Part shown: piece after piece, positions 1 to 13,430 of the stretch
How the letters are laid out: each line of letters opens with the position of its first letter
Position numbering within the stretch: the first letter of the stretch is position 1
Source of the DNA: an archaeon
GTDB lineage: Archaea; B1Sed10-29; JAJSAI01
Assembly: GCA_024274695.1 (NCBI GenBank)
Contig: JAJSAI010000012.1
Span: 1-40,694, forward strand
Reading direction: 5' to 3'
Length of the DNA stretch: 40,694 nt
The notes under the pieces: generated by a model
What the model saw: the letters and a program-made list of their open reading frames with translations, nothing else
Database searches by the model: none
Told to the model about the DNA's origin: nothing
Program-made: the position numbers and the translations under genes

Positions 1-339
1 CGGGTTGTTAACCTTGTCTACCACCTGAGAGAGGGTCTCTATTATGGGTTTGTCCCCTTGTATTACTGTTCCGTTTCGCCAGTCCCCGCTGAAAACAAGG
101 ACCGTCGGAACTCCCGCGCCCACACGATAGTATTCAACCACCTGCAAGAACTTTTCTTGGTTTTGGGAGTTAAAGTCTAGCATGTATTTTTCAACACTCG
201 CATTTACACTATCCAGCACTCCTGAAGAAAGCACTGCGTGACAGTGAGGGCAGCTGCTCGAGTAAAAGAACCAGACCTGCGCTGAAGACAGGGCTGGCGC
301 CAGCAGTATGGCAAGTGCAAGCAAGGTCCTGATACTCAT
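1..339 (-). CDS. Exported thioredoxin/glutaredoxin-like protein (3' end runs off the window)
   Basis: Not in the ORF track. Manual translation MSIRTLLALAILLAPALSSAQVWFFYSSSCPHCHAV...GVPTVLVF shows a signal peptide, a CPHC active site and the VP cis-Pro loop. GGTGA SD-like motif upstream. Confidence 0.8.
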   Translation of the reverse strand, partial: MSIRTLLALAILLAPALSSAQVWFFYSSSCPHCHAVLSSGVLDSVNASVEKYMLDFNSQNQEKFLQVVEYYRVGAGVPTVLVFSGDWRNGTVIQGDKPIIETLSQVVDKVNNP

Positions 340-364
340 CCGGTTCACCGTGAGAGAGTACAGG

Positions 365-402
365 TGAAACCATTTATAAAAGTTGGTTTCATAAACTGAA
401 AC
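365..402. promoter_or_regulatory. Divergent promoter (TTTATAAA) with inverted-repeat operator candidates
   Basis: TGAAACCA (365-372) and TGGTTTCA (384-391) flank the TATA box. GTTTCA-N5-TGAAAC palindrome at 386-402. Confidence 0.55.
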
Positions 403-403
403 T

Positions 404-880
404 ATGGGATTTTATGCCAGAAATCTTTTGCTGGGACTCTCTCTTTTCGCAGGATTCGTGTTCGTAACCTCTTTCTTAGCTCTTTTGCTGCAGTCCAGCC
501 TGCCGCCGGAGTTGTGCTCCTGCAGCCCATGGGCCTGGTTACCTTACCTGATCCCCATACTCTCCTCACTGGGAATTTTTGTTGGAGGAATGGTGTTTTA
601 TCTTACTGACACGTGGGTTAAACAGAGAAAGTGCCGGATCGAAAGGAGGTTAGCAGTGGACAAAATTTTATCCTGTTTACCAGAGAATGAAAGGAGTGTT
701 ATAAGAGCACTGCAAACAGGTCCAATGTCTCAGGCGCAGCTGGGCAGAGCAACAGGGTTGGGAAAGGTAAGGGTCCACAGGATAGTGAAGAGGCTTGAGG
801 ATAAGGGGGTTGTCCGAACTGAGACTGCTGGAAGGACTAAGAAGGTGTTCTTGACCGTACTTTCAGAAAAAGAAGAGTAA
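404..880 (+). CDS. Membrane-anchored winged-HTH (MarR-like) transcriptional regulator
   Basis: Two TM helices with a CSC loop between them; C-terminal LPENERSVIRAL...SQAQLGRATGLGKVRVHRIVKRLEDKGVV wHTH. Confidence 0.8.
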   Translation: MGFYARNLLLGLSLFAGFVFVTSFLALLLQSSLPPELCSCSPWAWLPYLIPILSSLGIFVGGMVFYLTDTWVKQRKCRIERRLAVDKILSCLPENERSVIRALQTGPMSQAQLGRATGLGKVRVHRIVKRLEDKGVVRTETAGRTKKVFLTVLSEKEE

Positions 881-890
881 GTAGGGGTTT

Positions 891-1199
891 TTACTTTGCC
901 AGCTTGTTAAGCTCTGACTGTATTAGGTACTGTGCTACTGGGAAGATCACTATCCACAGCAGGAAGTACAGGATAGGGCTTTCGTCCTTCTTGACGTGCT
1001 TGGTGAACTCCTCACAGTACCTCCACATGAAGTAGATATTCACCAGGGGGATTATTGCTAGGATAAACGAGGGGATGGTCCCTCCCAGACTATTTATTTC
1101 TTCTTTTGTTTTGTAGATCCAGTAAAGCCCGTACAGACCTAAGGTGACTAGGGACAATACCACAACAACAAGTGGGTTCCTTTTTTCTACCTTTGCCAT
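891..1199 (-). CDS. DUF4234-like small membrane protein
   Basis: RNPLVVVVLSLVTLGLYGLYWIYK motif and C-terminal IQSELN; GGAGG SD upstream. Confidence 0.75.
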   Translation of the reverse strand: MAKVEKRNPLVVVVLSLVTLGLYGLYWIYKTKEEINSLGGTIPSFILAIIPLVNIYFMWRYCEEFTKHVKKDESPILYFLLWIVIFPVAQYLIQSELNKLAK

Positions 1200-1283
1200 A
1201 ATCTCACTCCTCCTTTCCGCGCTCTTGCATCCTATGACGTCTATGAAAGAAAGGATTGTTTAAAAAAGGTGCGGGCCGAAAGA

Positions 1284-1329
1284 TTTAAATACCCTTTTGA
1301 ATACTTATTCATTGAATAAATATTCAAAA
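1284..1329 (+). promoter_or_regulatory. TATA box followed by a tandem palindromic operator
   Basis: TTTAAATA at 1284-1291, then TGAATA-CT-TATTCA (1298-1311) and TGAATA-AA-TATTCA (1313-1326). Confidence 0.7.
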
Positions 1330-1348
1330 GATTTGGAGGTGAAAGAGA

Positions 1349-1663
1349 ATGCCGTTTGGAGACAGAACAGGCCCTCTTGGACAGGGTCCGAGGACAGGAA
1401 GAGGTTTGGGGTACTGTGCAGGATATGATACCCCTGGATATACCAAACCCGGCCCTGGCTTCGGCAGAGGGCTCGGCAGAGGAAGGAGGAGGTTCTGGGC
1501 AGGACCTAGGCGAGCGTGGCAGGCACTCCCAGAATATCCTACACGGGCAGTAGAACTAACACCAGAAGACGAGAAAAGGATACTAAAATCAGAACTTGAA
1601 ACTCTGGAAGCAGAGAAGAAAGCGATAGAGAAAAGATTAAAAGACATGGAGGACAAGGGATAG
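1349..1663 (+). CDS. DUF5320-like Gly/Arg-rich protein
   Basis: [24 protein letters not shown]-terminal signature with C-terminal coiled coil; GGAGGTGA SD. Confidence 0.85.
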   Translation: MPFGDRTGPLGQGPRTGRGLGYCAGYDTPGYTKPGPGFGRGLGRGRRRFWAGPRRAWQALPEYPTRAVELTPEDEKRILKSELETLEAEKKAIEKRLKDMEDKG

Positions 1664-1667
1664 ACTG

Positions 1668-1973
1668 ATGCCGAGACCAAGAGTATTCCGCAGGATAAGA
1701 TGCGTGCCTGAAGTAACGTACTTTAAGCCTGCGGGCGTGAGGATGAGGGAACTGCAGGAAGTGGTGCTAGGATACGATGAGTTCGAGGCAGTGAGGCTAA
1801 AGGACCTGCTTGGGCTTGACCAACAGACTGCTGCCAAGAAAATGGGAGTATCCCAGCCCACCTTCCACAGGCTCCTGACTTCAGGAAGAAAAAAACTGGC
1901 AGACGCCATAGTAAACGGCAAGGCCCTAAGAATAGAGGGCGGGCACGTGAAGATAGTCCGGTCAAACTCTTGA
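1668..1973 (+). CDS. DUF134 (UPF0251) predicted DNA-binding protein
   Basis: [39 protein letters not shown] motifs. Confidence 0.9.
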   Translation: MPRPRVFRRIRCVPEVTYFKPAGVRMRELQEVVLGYDEFEAVRLKDLLGLDQQTAAKKMGVSQPTFHRLLTSGRKKLADAIVNGKALRIEGGHVKIVRSNS

Positions 1974-2507
1974 GAATCGTTTTATCACTTCTTTGTTCCT
2001 GACCTCGGGATGGAAAAGGAAACCGTAAATTGGGAGTTCTTTGTGCATTATTCCATGGACGCATTTTCCGCTCTCGGCTATTTTCAAAAAACTTTCTGGA
2101 ACGGTCACGGAAAGGTTATGGAGAGCGTACGCCTTAAGCTTTCCCGCGGAAACCAGGGGAGTGTCTCTTGTCACGGTAACATCTGTCATTCCTATCTCAG
2201 GCTTTTCTGGCACAAGCTTCCCTCCAAAAGCCAGGGAGATTACCTGCATTCCCGCACATATCCCCAACAAGGGCGTCGTGTTCCCCCTGACCCAAGAAAA
2301 CTTGTTCACGTGCTCTAGGTATTCGTTGTCCCGTAGCTGGGTGCCGCAGATTATTATTTTGTCCGCATCAGCCAGGTCTCCTCGTGATAGGCGGGAGTAG
2401 TGAGTCACACGGTACTCCTGACCCTCATCCTTTAGTATATCAGTCACGGGCCTGACGAACTCGTGCTCTGCAAGCCTGTTTTTGCATACGCTCACCACGA
2501 GGATCAT
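1962..2507 (-). CDS. Class I glutamine amidotransferase (stand-alone glutaminase subunit)
   Basis: [10 protein letters not shown] nucleophile Cys and FHPE His-Glu complete the triad. Confidence 0.85.
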   Translation of the reverse strand: MILVVSVCKNRLAEHEFVRPVTDILKDEGQEYRVTHYSRLSRGDLADADKIIICGTQLRDNEYLEHVNKFSWVRGNTTPLLGICAGMQVISLAFGGKLVPEKPEIGMTDVTVTRDTPLVSAGKLKAYALHNLSVTVPESFLKIAESGKCVHGIMHKELPIYGFLFHPEVRNKEVIKRFSRV

Positions 2508-3178
2508 TCCAGAACAGCCTCCTTTACAACATACCTTCCAACATTATTCTTGTACTCTATCTCATAGTCCTTCACTACGAGTCTTTTCCTGAACATGGGG
2601 CCGTCAAGCACAAGCGTCTCAAACTCTCCTCCCTCGCCAGCAGGGTTTATTCCGTAACTTTCCTCAAGCTTGATGAGCTGCTTTACTGTCTCAGGATCTA
2701 TTTTCTTCCCAAGCCATACCCTATCAAAAGGATATGCGAAAACTCCTGAAATGATTACCTCAAAGCCTGACGCGAGCAGTTCCCGCAACACCCTGTGTGG
2801 TTTCATCTGCCACAGAGGATTGAAACACCATACACCCAGCTCGTTACAGATCCTTTGTATCCTGCTGGCCTGGTAAACAGAGTTTATGGCCCCACTCACG
2901 ACCCCCTCAATGCCCTGCTCCTCCATGGCCCGTGAGATTGCCCTTTTTAGGTCCGCGAGTTCATCCTCTTTCTCTCCTTTTGTCCTCACAGTCACCAATG
3001 GCAGTCCCAGGGCCTCTGCCTGCAATCTGGTCAAGTGTATATTCGGGGTGTGGAACATGTAGCTCTCGGGATTCTCAGACTCCAGGGTTATCAGGCACGC
3101 GACTTCGTCTGTCTGCATTGCCTTGTGCATTGCAAGACAGGAGTCCTTTCCTCCCGAGAAAAGAATCCCAAGCCTCAT
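2504..3178 (-). CDS. dph6: Diphthine-ammonia ligase family PP-loop ATPase
   Basis: SGGKDS PP-loop, SYMFH, SVYQ, PLW, GEGGEFETLVLDGP motifs. Confidence 0.85.
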   Translation of the reverse strand: MRLGILFSGGKDSCLAMHKAMQTDEVACLITLESENPESYMFHTPNIHLTRLQAEALGLPLVTVRTKGEKEDELADLKRAISRAMEEQGIEGVVSGAINSVYQASRIQRICNELGVWCFNPLWQMKPHRVLRELLASGFEVIISGVFAYPFDRVWLGKKIDPETVKQLIKLEESYGINPAGEGGEFETLVLDGPMFRKRLVVKDYEIEYKNNVGRYVVKEAVLE

Positions 3179-3216
3179 TGTTTTCTTTTTCCAGAAGAAG
3201 AGTATAAAAAAGGGTT

Positions 3217-4443
3217 TCAGGAGACTCTCACGAGCCTGAGACCCTGGTTTCCTGAAGGAAAGCGTTCTCTTCTTCTGCTTTCCCTGAAACCTCCTCTGTG
3301 CACTGGCCTTCTCTGGTCCGAAGTTCTGAACCTTACTCTTCGGAAATTGACTTCTTCAGCCTTTCTTATCTTGAACCCGTGCCTGGATTTTATCCTCGCG
3401 AACTTGTCGTAGTCATCTCTGGTAATGATGTTGAGAACCTTGCCCTTGCTGCCCATTCTCGCTGTCCTGCCTATCCTGTGAACGTATTCTTTAGGGTCTC
3501 TTGGTATCCCGTAGTTGAAAACGTGAGTAAGCTTGTCAATGTCTATACCCCTGGCGGCCACGTCTGTAGCAACCAGCACACGGGTTCTTCCTTTTCTGAA
3601 GTTGTCAAGGGTCTTGTTCCTCCTGGACTGGGAAAGGCCCCCGTGCAGGGGTTCTGCCTTGATACCCTGAGCGCGCAGGTTGTCTGCCACAAGATCAACG
3701 TCCCTGCGCGTGTTACAGAATACGATCGTTTTCTCATACTCTTCTGACTTGAGCAGGTGCGCGAGCAGGGAAAACCGTTCGTTCTTCTGTGCGTCATAGT
3801 ACACCTGAGTAAGAAGGGTGTGGTCAACGTACTGTCTGGTGTTCACTTCCTCAGGATCATTCATGTGTCTTGAAACGAGCTTGTACAGTCCTCTTGACAG
3901 CGTGGCGCTGAACAAAAGAGTCTGCTTATGGGCTGGGAGTAGGTCAAGGATTCTGTTAATGTCTTGTATGAATCCCATGTCAAGCATCCTGTCAGCCTCG
4001 TCCAGGACAACTGTTTGCACTCTTGAAAGGTCAATTGTCTTTCTTCCCGCATGGTCTAGCAGTCTCCCAGGAGTGCCGACCACGATGTCTGCTTTCCTGA
4101 GGGCTCGTTCTTGGGGCTCGAGAGCAACTCCCCCATACACTGCGGTGATTTTCGCTCTCGTTCCTTTTGCCAGTTTGTTCAGGTGCGAGGATATCTGTTC
4201 CGCGAGCTCCCGCGTGGGAGCAACCACAAGAGCCTGGATTCCTTTGCCGGGAATCGTTTTCTCTATTATAGGTATTCCGAAAGCGGCTGTCTTTCCAGAC
4301 CCTGTTTCTGACTGGACCATCACGTCCTTTCCCTCCCTAATTAGAGGGATTGATTTTTCCTGAACTCGTGTTGGCTCTTTGAATCGCATTTCTTCCAGAG
4401 CATTGAGTATTCTCTCGTCTGAGACTATCTGTTCAAACCTCAT
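3217..4443 (-). CDS. DEAD-box RNA helicase
   Basis: Q-motif, SETGSGKT, PTRELA, TPGR, DEAD, SAT, ARGID, HRIGRTAR. Confidence 0.95.
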   Translation of the reverse strand: MRFEQIVSDERILNALEEMRFKEPTRVQEKSIPLIREGKDVMVQSETGSGKTAAFGIPIIEKTIPGKGIQALVVAPTRELAEQISSHLNKLAKGTRAKITAVYGGVALEPQERALRKADIVVGTPGRLLDHAGRKTIDLSRVQTVVLDEADRMLDMGFIQDINRILDLLPAHKQTLLFSATLSRGLYKLVSRHMNDPEEVNTRQYVDHTLLTQVYYDAQKNERFSLLAHLLKSEEYEKTIVFCNTRRDVDLVADNLRAQGIKAEPLHGGLSQSRRNKTLDNFRKGRTRVLVATDVAARGIDIDKLTHVFNYGIPRDPKEYVHRIGRTARMGSKGKVLNIITRDDYDKFARIKSRHGFKIRKAEEVNFRRVRFRTSDQRRPVHRGGFRESRRRERFPSGNQGLRLVRVS

Positions 4444-4481
4444 CTTGTATCTTACCTCTTTCTTTTTGTGTCCCGCGGAAG

Positions 4482-5249
4482 CTAGTTCCCAAAAAGAGCG
4501 CGAAACACAACACTGGTTTCAAGCGCCTTGAGAAGTAGCCTGCGCTTGGAGCATGATAAGAACAGGGAGTATATAAAACAGTCAGTCCAGGTCACAGGAA
4601 CTTCTCCAACGAAATAAACTGTTAGGGTCCTGTCTCGTACTATTGTTTTGAACTTTACTGCCCTTATCTCAGCCCCTGCCTCCGCCGCTGTTCTCACAGC
4701 AGTGCAGAAGTCAGGGTCTGTCCCGCAGTTAAACTTGAGCTCTCTCGCGGTCGGGTGGAAAACCAGGAACAAAAGAGATCCCTTGTGCCTCGCGATCTCG
4801 AGCGCGTGCCTTGCCCCCCGGGTAGTGGGAGCGTCCGGGAAAAATGCTATTCTATCCCTGAGCAGGGTGCAGCCCTTTACTTCCAAGGGACGGTCATCCT
4901 CAAGCAGGAAGTCTATCCTGCTCCCCCCTATCTTGACTTCCCTGGCAGCAATGCCTTGTCCGAAAACGCTCGGGATCACTGCCTCCGCTACCTCGGAGTG
5001 GTACCCTGAGTTAAGGAAAACCCAGTATTTCCCGTGCTTTACGGCAAGAACATCGTGACACGTTTTCCGCTTCTTCCCACAGTTTTCAACTATGATCATT
5101 TCGGCTCCAGGAACGAGAAGCTCTTTGAGTCTTCCTGGATCATGCAAGTGCGCTCTCCTCCCGTCAGCCAGCCTCACGGTGAACCTGTTCTCCCGCTGCT
5201 GAAAAACCGCCTTTTCAACACCCCTGAATTCCAACACCTTTTTATTCAT
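4482..5249 (-). CDS. sfsA: SfsA family nuclease
   Basis: RENRF, HLHDPGRLKELL, SRIDFLL, EVKGCTL, FPDAPTTRGARH. Start reassigned to ATG 5249 (MNKKVLEF). Confidence 0.88.
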   Translation of the reverse strand: MNKKVLEFRGVEKAVFQQRENRFTVRLADGRRAHLHDPGRLKELLVPGAEMIIVENCGKKRKTCHDVLAVKHGKYWVFLNSGYHSEVAEAVIPSVFGQGIAAREVKIGGSRIDFLLEDDRPLEVKGCTLLRDRIAFFPDAPTTRGARHALEIARHKGSLLFLVFHPTARELKFNCGTDPDFCTAVRTAAEAGAEIRAVKFKTIVRDRTLTVYFVGEVPVTWTDCFIYSLFLSCSKRRLLLKALETSVVFRALFGN

Positions 5250-5292
5250 GTTATCACTAAAAGGGATCGAAGTTACGGGTAAAATGAGGGGA

Positions 5293-5306
5293 GAAACCTT
5301 TAAATA
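5293..5306 (+). promoter_or_regulatory. BRE-TATA promoter of the rRNA operon
   Basis: GAAACCTTTAAATA about 220 nt upstream of the mature 16S. Confidence 0.6.
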
Positions 5307-5474
5307 CCCGTTGTTGAACAAATAGTATCTGCAGGTGAGGTGCGGATTTCTCGGGAAGCACTGATGCTTTTTGCCTGTCAAAAAAACGAGGGACGGGAAC
5401 AAGTTTTTTGACCGTCCTGATGATGGTTATGAGGTCCTGAGCAAGAGGTGTTATTGCACCTTCTCAGGCCTGAT

Positions 5475-5506
5475 GTGAGCTCGACCCGGACAGGAAAGAC
5501 CCTGCC
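5475..5506 (+). other. 5' strand of the 16S processing stem with BHB motif (pairs with 7045-7077)
   Basis: GACCCTGCC/GGCAGGGTC, central ACAG/CTGT helix with GAA and AGA bulges, CCCGG/CCGGG. Confidence 0.85.
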
Positions 5507-5526
5507 AATTCAAAAACAGCAGGTCA

Positions 5527-7026
<1,500 letters not shown>

Positions 7027-7044
7027 TCCGTACAAAAAACTAAC

Positions 7045-7077
7045 GGCAGGGTCGCTGTAGACCGGGATCGGGCTCGC
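7045..7077 (+). other. 3' strand of the 16S processing stem (BHB)
   Basis: Complementary to 5475-5506. Confidence 0.85.
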
Positions 7078-7163
7078 GCAAAACCAGAACATGAGGATGC
7101 CAAGGCAACCCCTTGGTGTCTGAAGCGTAGCCGGTGAGCATTTTCATGCTCCTGCTGGCGATG

Positions 7164-7224
7164 ACGCGCTGTAGGACCCGTCGCTGGAGAACAGGCTAGT
7201 GTCACGCGCCTGGCCTTACGGCGA

Positions 7225-7230
<6 letters not shown>
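7164..7230 (+). other. 5' strand of the 23S processing stem with BHB motif (pairs with 10211-10281)
   Basis: Perfect 18-bp ACGCGCTGTAGGACCCGT/ACGGGTCCTACAGCGCGT; central AGGC/GCCT helix with TAG (7197-7199) and AAA (10244-10246) bulges. Confidence 0.9.
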
Positions 7231-10210
<2,980 letters not shown>

Positions 10211-10216
<6 letters not shown>

Positions 10217-10281
10217 TCGCTCACGCCGGGCGCGTGGCAGCCTAAAGTTCTTCCAGCACCAAAACGGGTCCTACAGCGCGT
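10211..10281 (+). other. 3' strand of the 23S processing stem (BHB)
   Basis: Complementary to 7164-7230. Confidence 0.9.
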
Positions 10282-10334
10282 TCCAGATCTTGTTCTAAAA
10301 AGATTAAAAAAAGAGTCAGGCGTAGTTCTTAAGC

Positions 10335-10976
10335 ATGACAAAGGAAATTAAAGCAATCATTTTTGACCTGGACGGTGTTCTTTCTGACACGAACCAGGAC
10401 CACTTCCAGGTAGAGCACGAGATCCTGTTAGAACACGGGATAAGCGTTAGCAGAGAGGAGATCTCAAGAAGGTTCAAGGGCACTCTTGCAAGAGACCTGT
10501 TCGGAACCCTGTTCAGGGAACACGGAGTTAACGCGAGCGTGGAACAAGCGGTCAACACCAAGTGGGAACGGTTGAAAAAAAGGATTGAGGAGAAGGGTGT
10601 TAAAGAGATTCCTGGAGCAACGGAACTCGTGAAAGAACTAAAAAGAAAAGGATTCAAGCTAGCAGTGGCAAGCAGTTCTCCCAAAGATTTTGTGGAACTG
10701 GTGCTGGAAAAACTGGGGATAAGAGAGCACTTTGACGTGATAGTTTCAGGAACGGAAGTAGGGAAAGGAAAAAGGGAGCCTGACGTGTTCTTGAAAGCAG
10801 CAGAAGAACTTGGCCTGCAACCCTCAGAATGCGTGGTCATAGAGGACAGTGTTGACGGGATGAAGTCAGCCAAGGACACTGGGTTTACTGTAATAGGCCT
10901 CGTGAAAGACCCTTCGGGCGAAACGCCTGCGGACTTCAACGTAACGTCATTAGAACAACTGCTGAACATGTTGTAA
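10335..10976 (+). CDS. HAD-family phosphatase (beta-phosphoglucomutase-like)
   Basis: FDLDGVL, VASSS, GKREPDVF, VIEDS motifs. Confidence 0.92.
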   Translation: MTKEIKAIIFDLDGVLSDTNQDHFQVEHEILLEHGISVSREEISRRFKGTLARDLFGTLFREHGVNASVEQAVNTKWERLKKRIEEKGVKEIPGATELVKELKRKGFKLAVASSSPKDFVELVLEKLGIREHFDVIVSGTEVGKGKREPDVFLKAAEELGLQPSECVVIEDSVDGMKSAKDTGFTVIGLVKDPSGETPADFNVTSLEQLLNML

Positions 10977-10990
10977 AGAAGTGATCTGAC

Positions 10991-12295
10991 ATGGCGCGCG
11001 TTAAGCAAACTGACAGGAACCTGGGGTTCTGGAGCGCGGTCTCCATAGGCGTGGGAGGGATGATAGGAGCGGGGATATTCTCTATCCTCGGACCGGCCGT
11101 AGAGATCAGCGGCCCCATGGTTCTCGTCGCGTTCCTGATCGCTGGGATCGTCGCGCTTATCAACGCCTACAACTATTCCAGACTGAGTGCCGCGTTCCCC
11201 TCAGCAGGAGGAGCCGTAGAATTCCTGATAAGAGGCCTTGGAGACAACATCGCCACCGGAGGTCTGAACATCCTCTTGTGGGCAGGGTACATTATAGCCA
11301 TGTCCCTTTACGTCCGCGCGTTCGCCGCGTACTCTGCCGCGCTCTTCCCCGCATTATCCGGATCCCAGCATGCCATCATGATCGGGGTCATGATGTTCTT
11401 CACTTTCCTGAACTTCAAAGGGTCTAAAACAGTGGGCCGGAGCGAACTCGCAATAGTCTCCGTGAAACTGGCGCTCCTGCTGTTCTTTGGAGTGATAGGC
11501 CTGTTCTTCATAAAACCAGAACTCCTGGCTCCTGGAGAAAACGCGTCTTCCCTGAACATTGTCTTCGCCTCCGCGTTCGTGTTCCTCGCGTACGAAGGGT
11601 TCGGGCTTATAGCAAACACTGCAGAGGATATACGCGATCCTAAAAAGAACCTTTCAAGAGCGTTCTACACCAGCATTCTTATCGTGGCGGCAGTGTACCT
11701 GCTGGTGTCAGCATCAGTTGTCGGAAACCTTCCTCCAGAAGAAGTGAAAAAGGCGAGCGACTACGCGCTTGCAGAAGCAGCGAAACCTTTCCTCGGGAGC
11801 ATTGGTTTCGCCCTGATGTCCCTGGCCGCCCTCTTCAGCACGTCAAGTGCCATAAACGCAACGCTTTACGGGGGCGCCAACGTGAGTTATATCCTCGCAA
11901 AGTACGGGGAACTTCCCCGGAACTTTGAAAGGCGCCTGTGGCGCAGGGGCACGGAGGGACTGGTGATAACATCACTGCTCGTTCTCCTCCTAGCCCTTTT
12001 CCTGGACCTGAGCAGCATAGCTGTCATAGGAAGCGCGTCCTTTCTGATCATATACGCAGGAGTGGGAACAGCCCACTACATCTCCAGAAAAAGAACAGGA
12101 GGGAATGGGAGTGTGATCCTCGCCAGCATTATCGCGGACGTGCTCCTGTTCGCATTCCTGGTAGCATACCTTGGCATATCCCGGCCTTGGGTGGCCGTGC
12201 TCGTGATACTGGTAATATTCTTGAGCATGGTAATGGAGGGAGTGTACAGGGCGTTATCCGGAAGGAGGATGACGCCAAGGAAGATCAGCTTATAA
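10991..12295 (+). CDS. APC-family amino acid permease
   Basis: GGMIGAGIF, FLAYEGFG, about 12 TM segments. Confidence 0.92.
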   Translation: MARVKQTDRNLGFWSAVSIGVGGMIGAGIFSILGPAVEISGPMVLVAFLIAGIVALINAYNYSRLSAAFPSAGGAVEFLIRGLGDNIATGGLNILLWAGYIIAMSLYVRAFAAYSAALFPALSGSQHAIMIGVMMFFTFLNFKGSKTVGRSELAIVSVKLALLLFFGVIGLFFIKPELLAPGENASSLNIVFASAFVFLAYEGFGLIANTAEDIRDPKKNLSRAFYTSILIVAAVYLLVSASVVGNLPPEEVKKASDYALAEAAKPFLGSIGFALMSLAALFSTSSAINATLYGGANVSYILAKYGELPRNFERRLWRRGTEGLVITSLLVLLLALFLDLSSIAVIGSASFLIIYAGVGTAHYISRKRTGGNGSVILASIIADVLLFAFLVAYLGISRPWVAVLVILVIFLSMVMEGVYRALSGRRMTPRKISL

Positions 12296-12866
12296 CCTCC
12301 CGGGGGACTGCCTGGAGGTACAATGCTGCCCCGAAGCAGAGGACCGCAATGACGAGGAAGAGCACGGCAAAGCTCGTTAGGGACACGATAATCCCTCCAA
12401 GGATCGCGCCGAAAAAGTACAGCAGGTATTCCATGGAGTTCCACACGGCCCATTCCAGACCCTGAACCTTTTCGTCCAAGTGCCGGGAGTATACTGCCTG
12501 GAATGCGGTGTACATCACAGAGTTTCCTGCACCAATAACGGCCTGCACGATGAAAAGCCAGGTCACAGAGTCCACGCCCATCATGGCAAGAAACCCTGCT
12601 CCTGAGACCGCGTAGGAGAGCGACAGCACTTCTCTCCTCTTCTCAGTCTTGTCAAGAATGAGTCCTGCAGCAAGAGCTGCCACGACGCCGGAAAAGGCAA
12701 AAACTCCTGCTGTAAAGCTCGCGTCCAGGAGGCCTCCCCCAAGTTGTTCCACGAACAACGCGTATATAGGGGCAAACATGTAACCTGACAAGAGGACCAG
12801 CGCGTTGGTGCCCAGCAGCACCCGCAGGGCAGGGTTTTTGAGGAACATTGCCTGCATGACAACCAC
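12285..12866 (-). CDS. Half-size (about 6 TM) MFS-fold transporter
   Basis: PIYALFV..LGG, motif-A-like GLILDKTEKRR, six hydrophobic segments, 193 aa. Confidence 0.75.
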   Translation of the reverse strand: MVVMQAMFLKNPALRVLLGTNALVLLSGYMFAPIYALFVEQLGGGLLDASFTAGVFAFSGVVAALAAGLILDKTEKRREVLSLSYAVSGAGFLAMMGVDSVTWLFIVQAVIGAGNSVMYTAFQAVYSRHLDEKVQGLEWAVWNSMEYLLYFFGAILGGIIVSLTSFAVLFLVIAVLCFGAALYLQAVPREVIS

Positions 12867-13343
12867 CTACGGGAACAGGCTCTTGATCCAGCGCCCGAGG
12901 TAGTAGGAAGACATAACTATCGCGAGCGTGAGAACAAGGTGCTCAAGCACTACCCTGTGCACCTTCTCGCTCCGGTCAAACGAGATCTTAACGCTCAAAA
13001 TGACTATAAGGAGCAGCCCCCAAGCGACACTGGTCCATAGTGCTGCGTTCAGGTCAAAGAGCAGCACGGGCCACAAGAAACTCAGCGCGAAAACACATTT
13101 TGATCCCGCGGTGGAGAGCGTTGACTCCCAAACCTGTTTCAGGGTGCTCTCCTCTTCGGATTCTTTGGACATGTGCATGGCAAGCGCGTCAGAGAGCGAG
13201 TCCACCACTGCTATTATTAGTATACCTCCAACAACGGCTGCCTTGGACCCTATCCCCTCTGCCAGGCCTATGACCAGACCGAGAGTGGTTATGACCGAGG
13301 ATGTCAGACCAAAGCTCACTCCAGCCTTCACTGAACCGTCCAT
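12867..13343 (-). CDS. VIT1/CCC1-like metal transporter (minimal form)
   Basis: SFGLTSSVITTLGLVIG and DSLSDALAMHMSKESE motifs. Start reassigned to ATG 13343 because the longer ORF overlaps rnpB. Confidence 0.75.
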   Translation of the reverse strand: MDGSVKAGVSFGLTSSVITTLGLVIGLAEGIGSKAAVVGGILIIAVVDSLSDALAMHMSKESEEESTLKQVWESTLSTAGSKCVFALSFLWPVLLFDLNAALWTSVAWGLLLIVILSVKISFDRSEKVHRVVLEHLVLTLAIVMSSYYLGRWIKSLFP

Positions 13344-13390
13344 CAGACGTACGAAGCACAAAGGAGAATAAAAAAGTTCACGGGAACCCC

Positions 13391-13404
13391 CGAAACCATT
13401 AAAT
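13391..13404 (+). promoter_or_regulatory. BRE-TATA promoter of RNase P RNA
   Basis: CGAAACCATTAAAT ending about 27 nt upstream of the RNA 5' end. Confidence 0.5.
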
Positions 13405-13430
13405 TGTTCCTGCAACAAAATTTTATTAAT

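Noticed and set aside
4482-4590. SfsA C-terminal tail running over the helicase promoter region
   Set aside because: Probably neutral stop-codon drift; no evidence of function.
5250-5402. N-terminal extension of the SfsA ORF
   Set aside because: Overlaps the rRNA promoter and leader; not SfsA-like.
10282-10334. Expected 5S rRNA after the 23S
   Set aside because: No 5S-like sequence; unlinked 5S is common in archaea.
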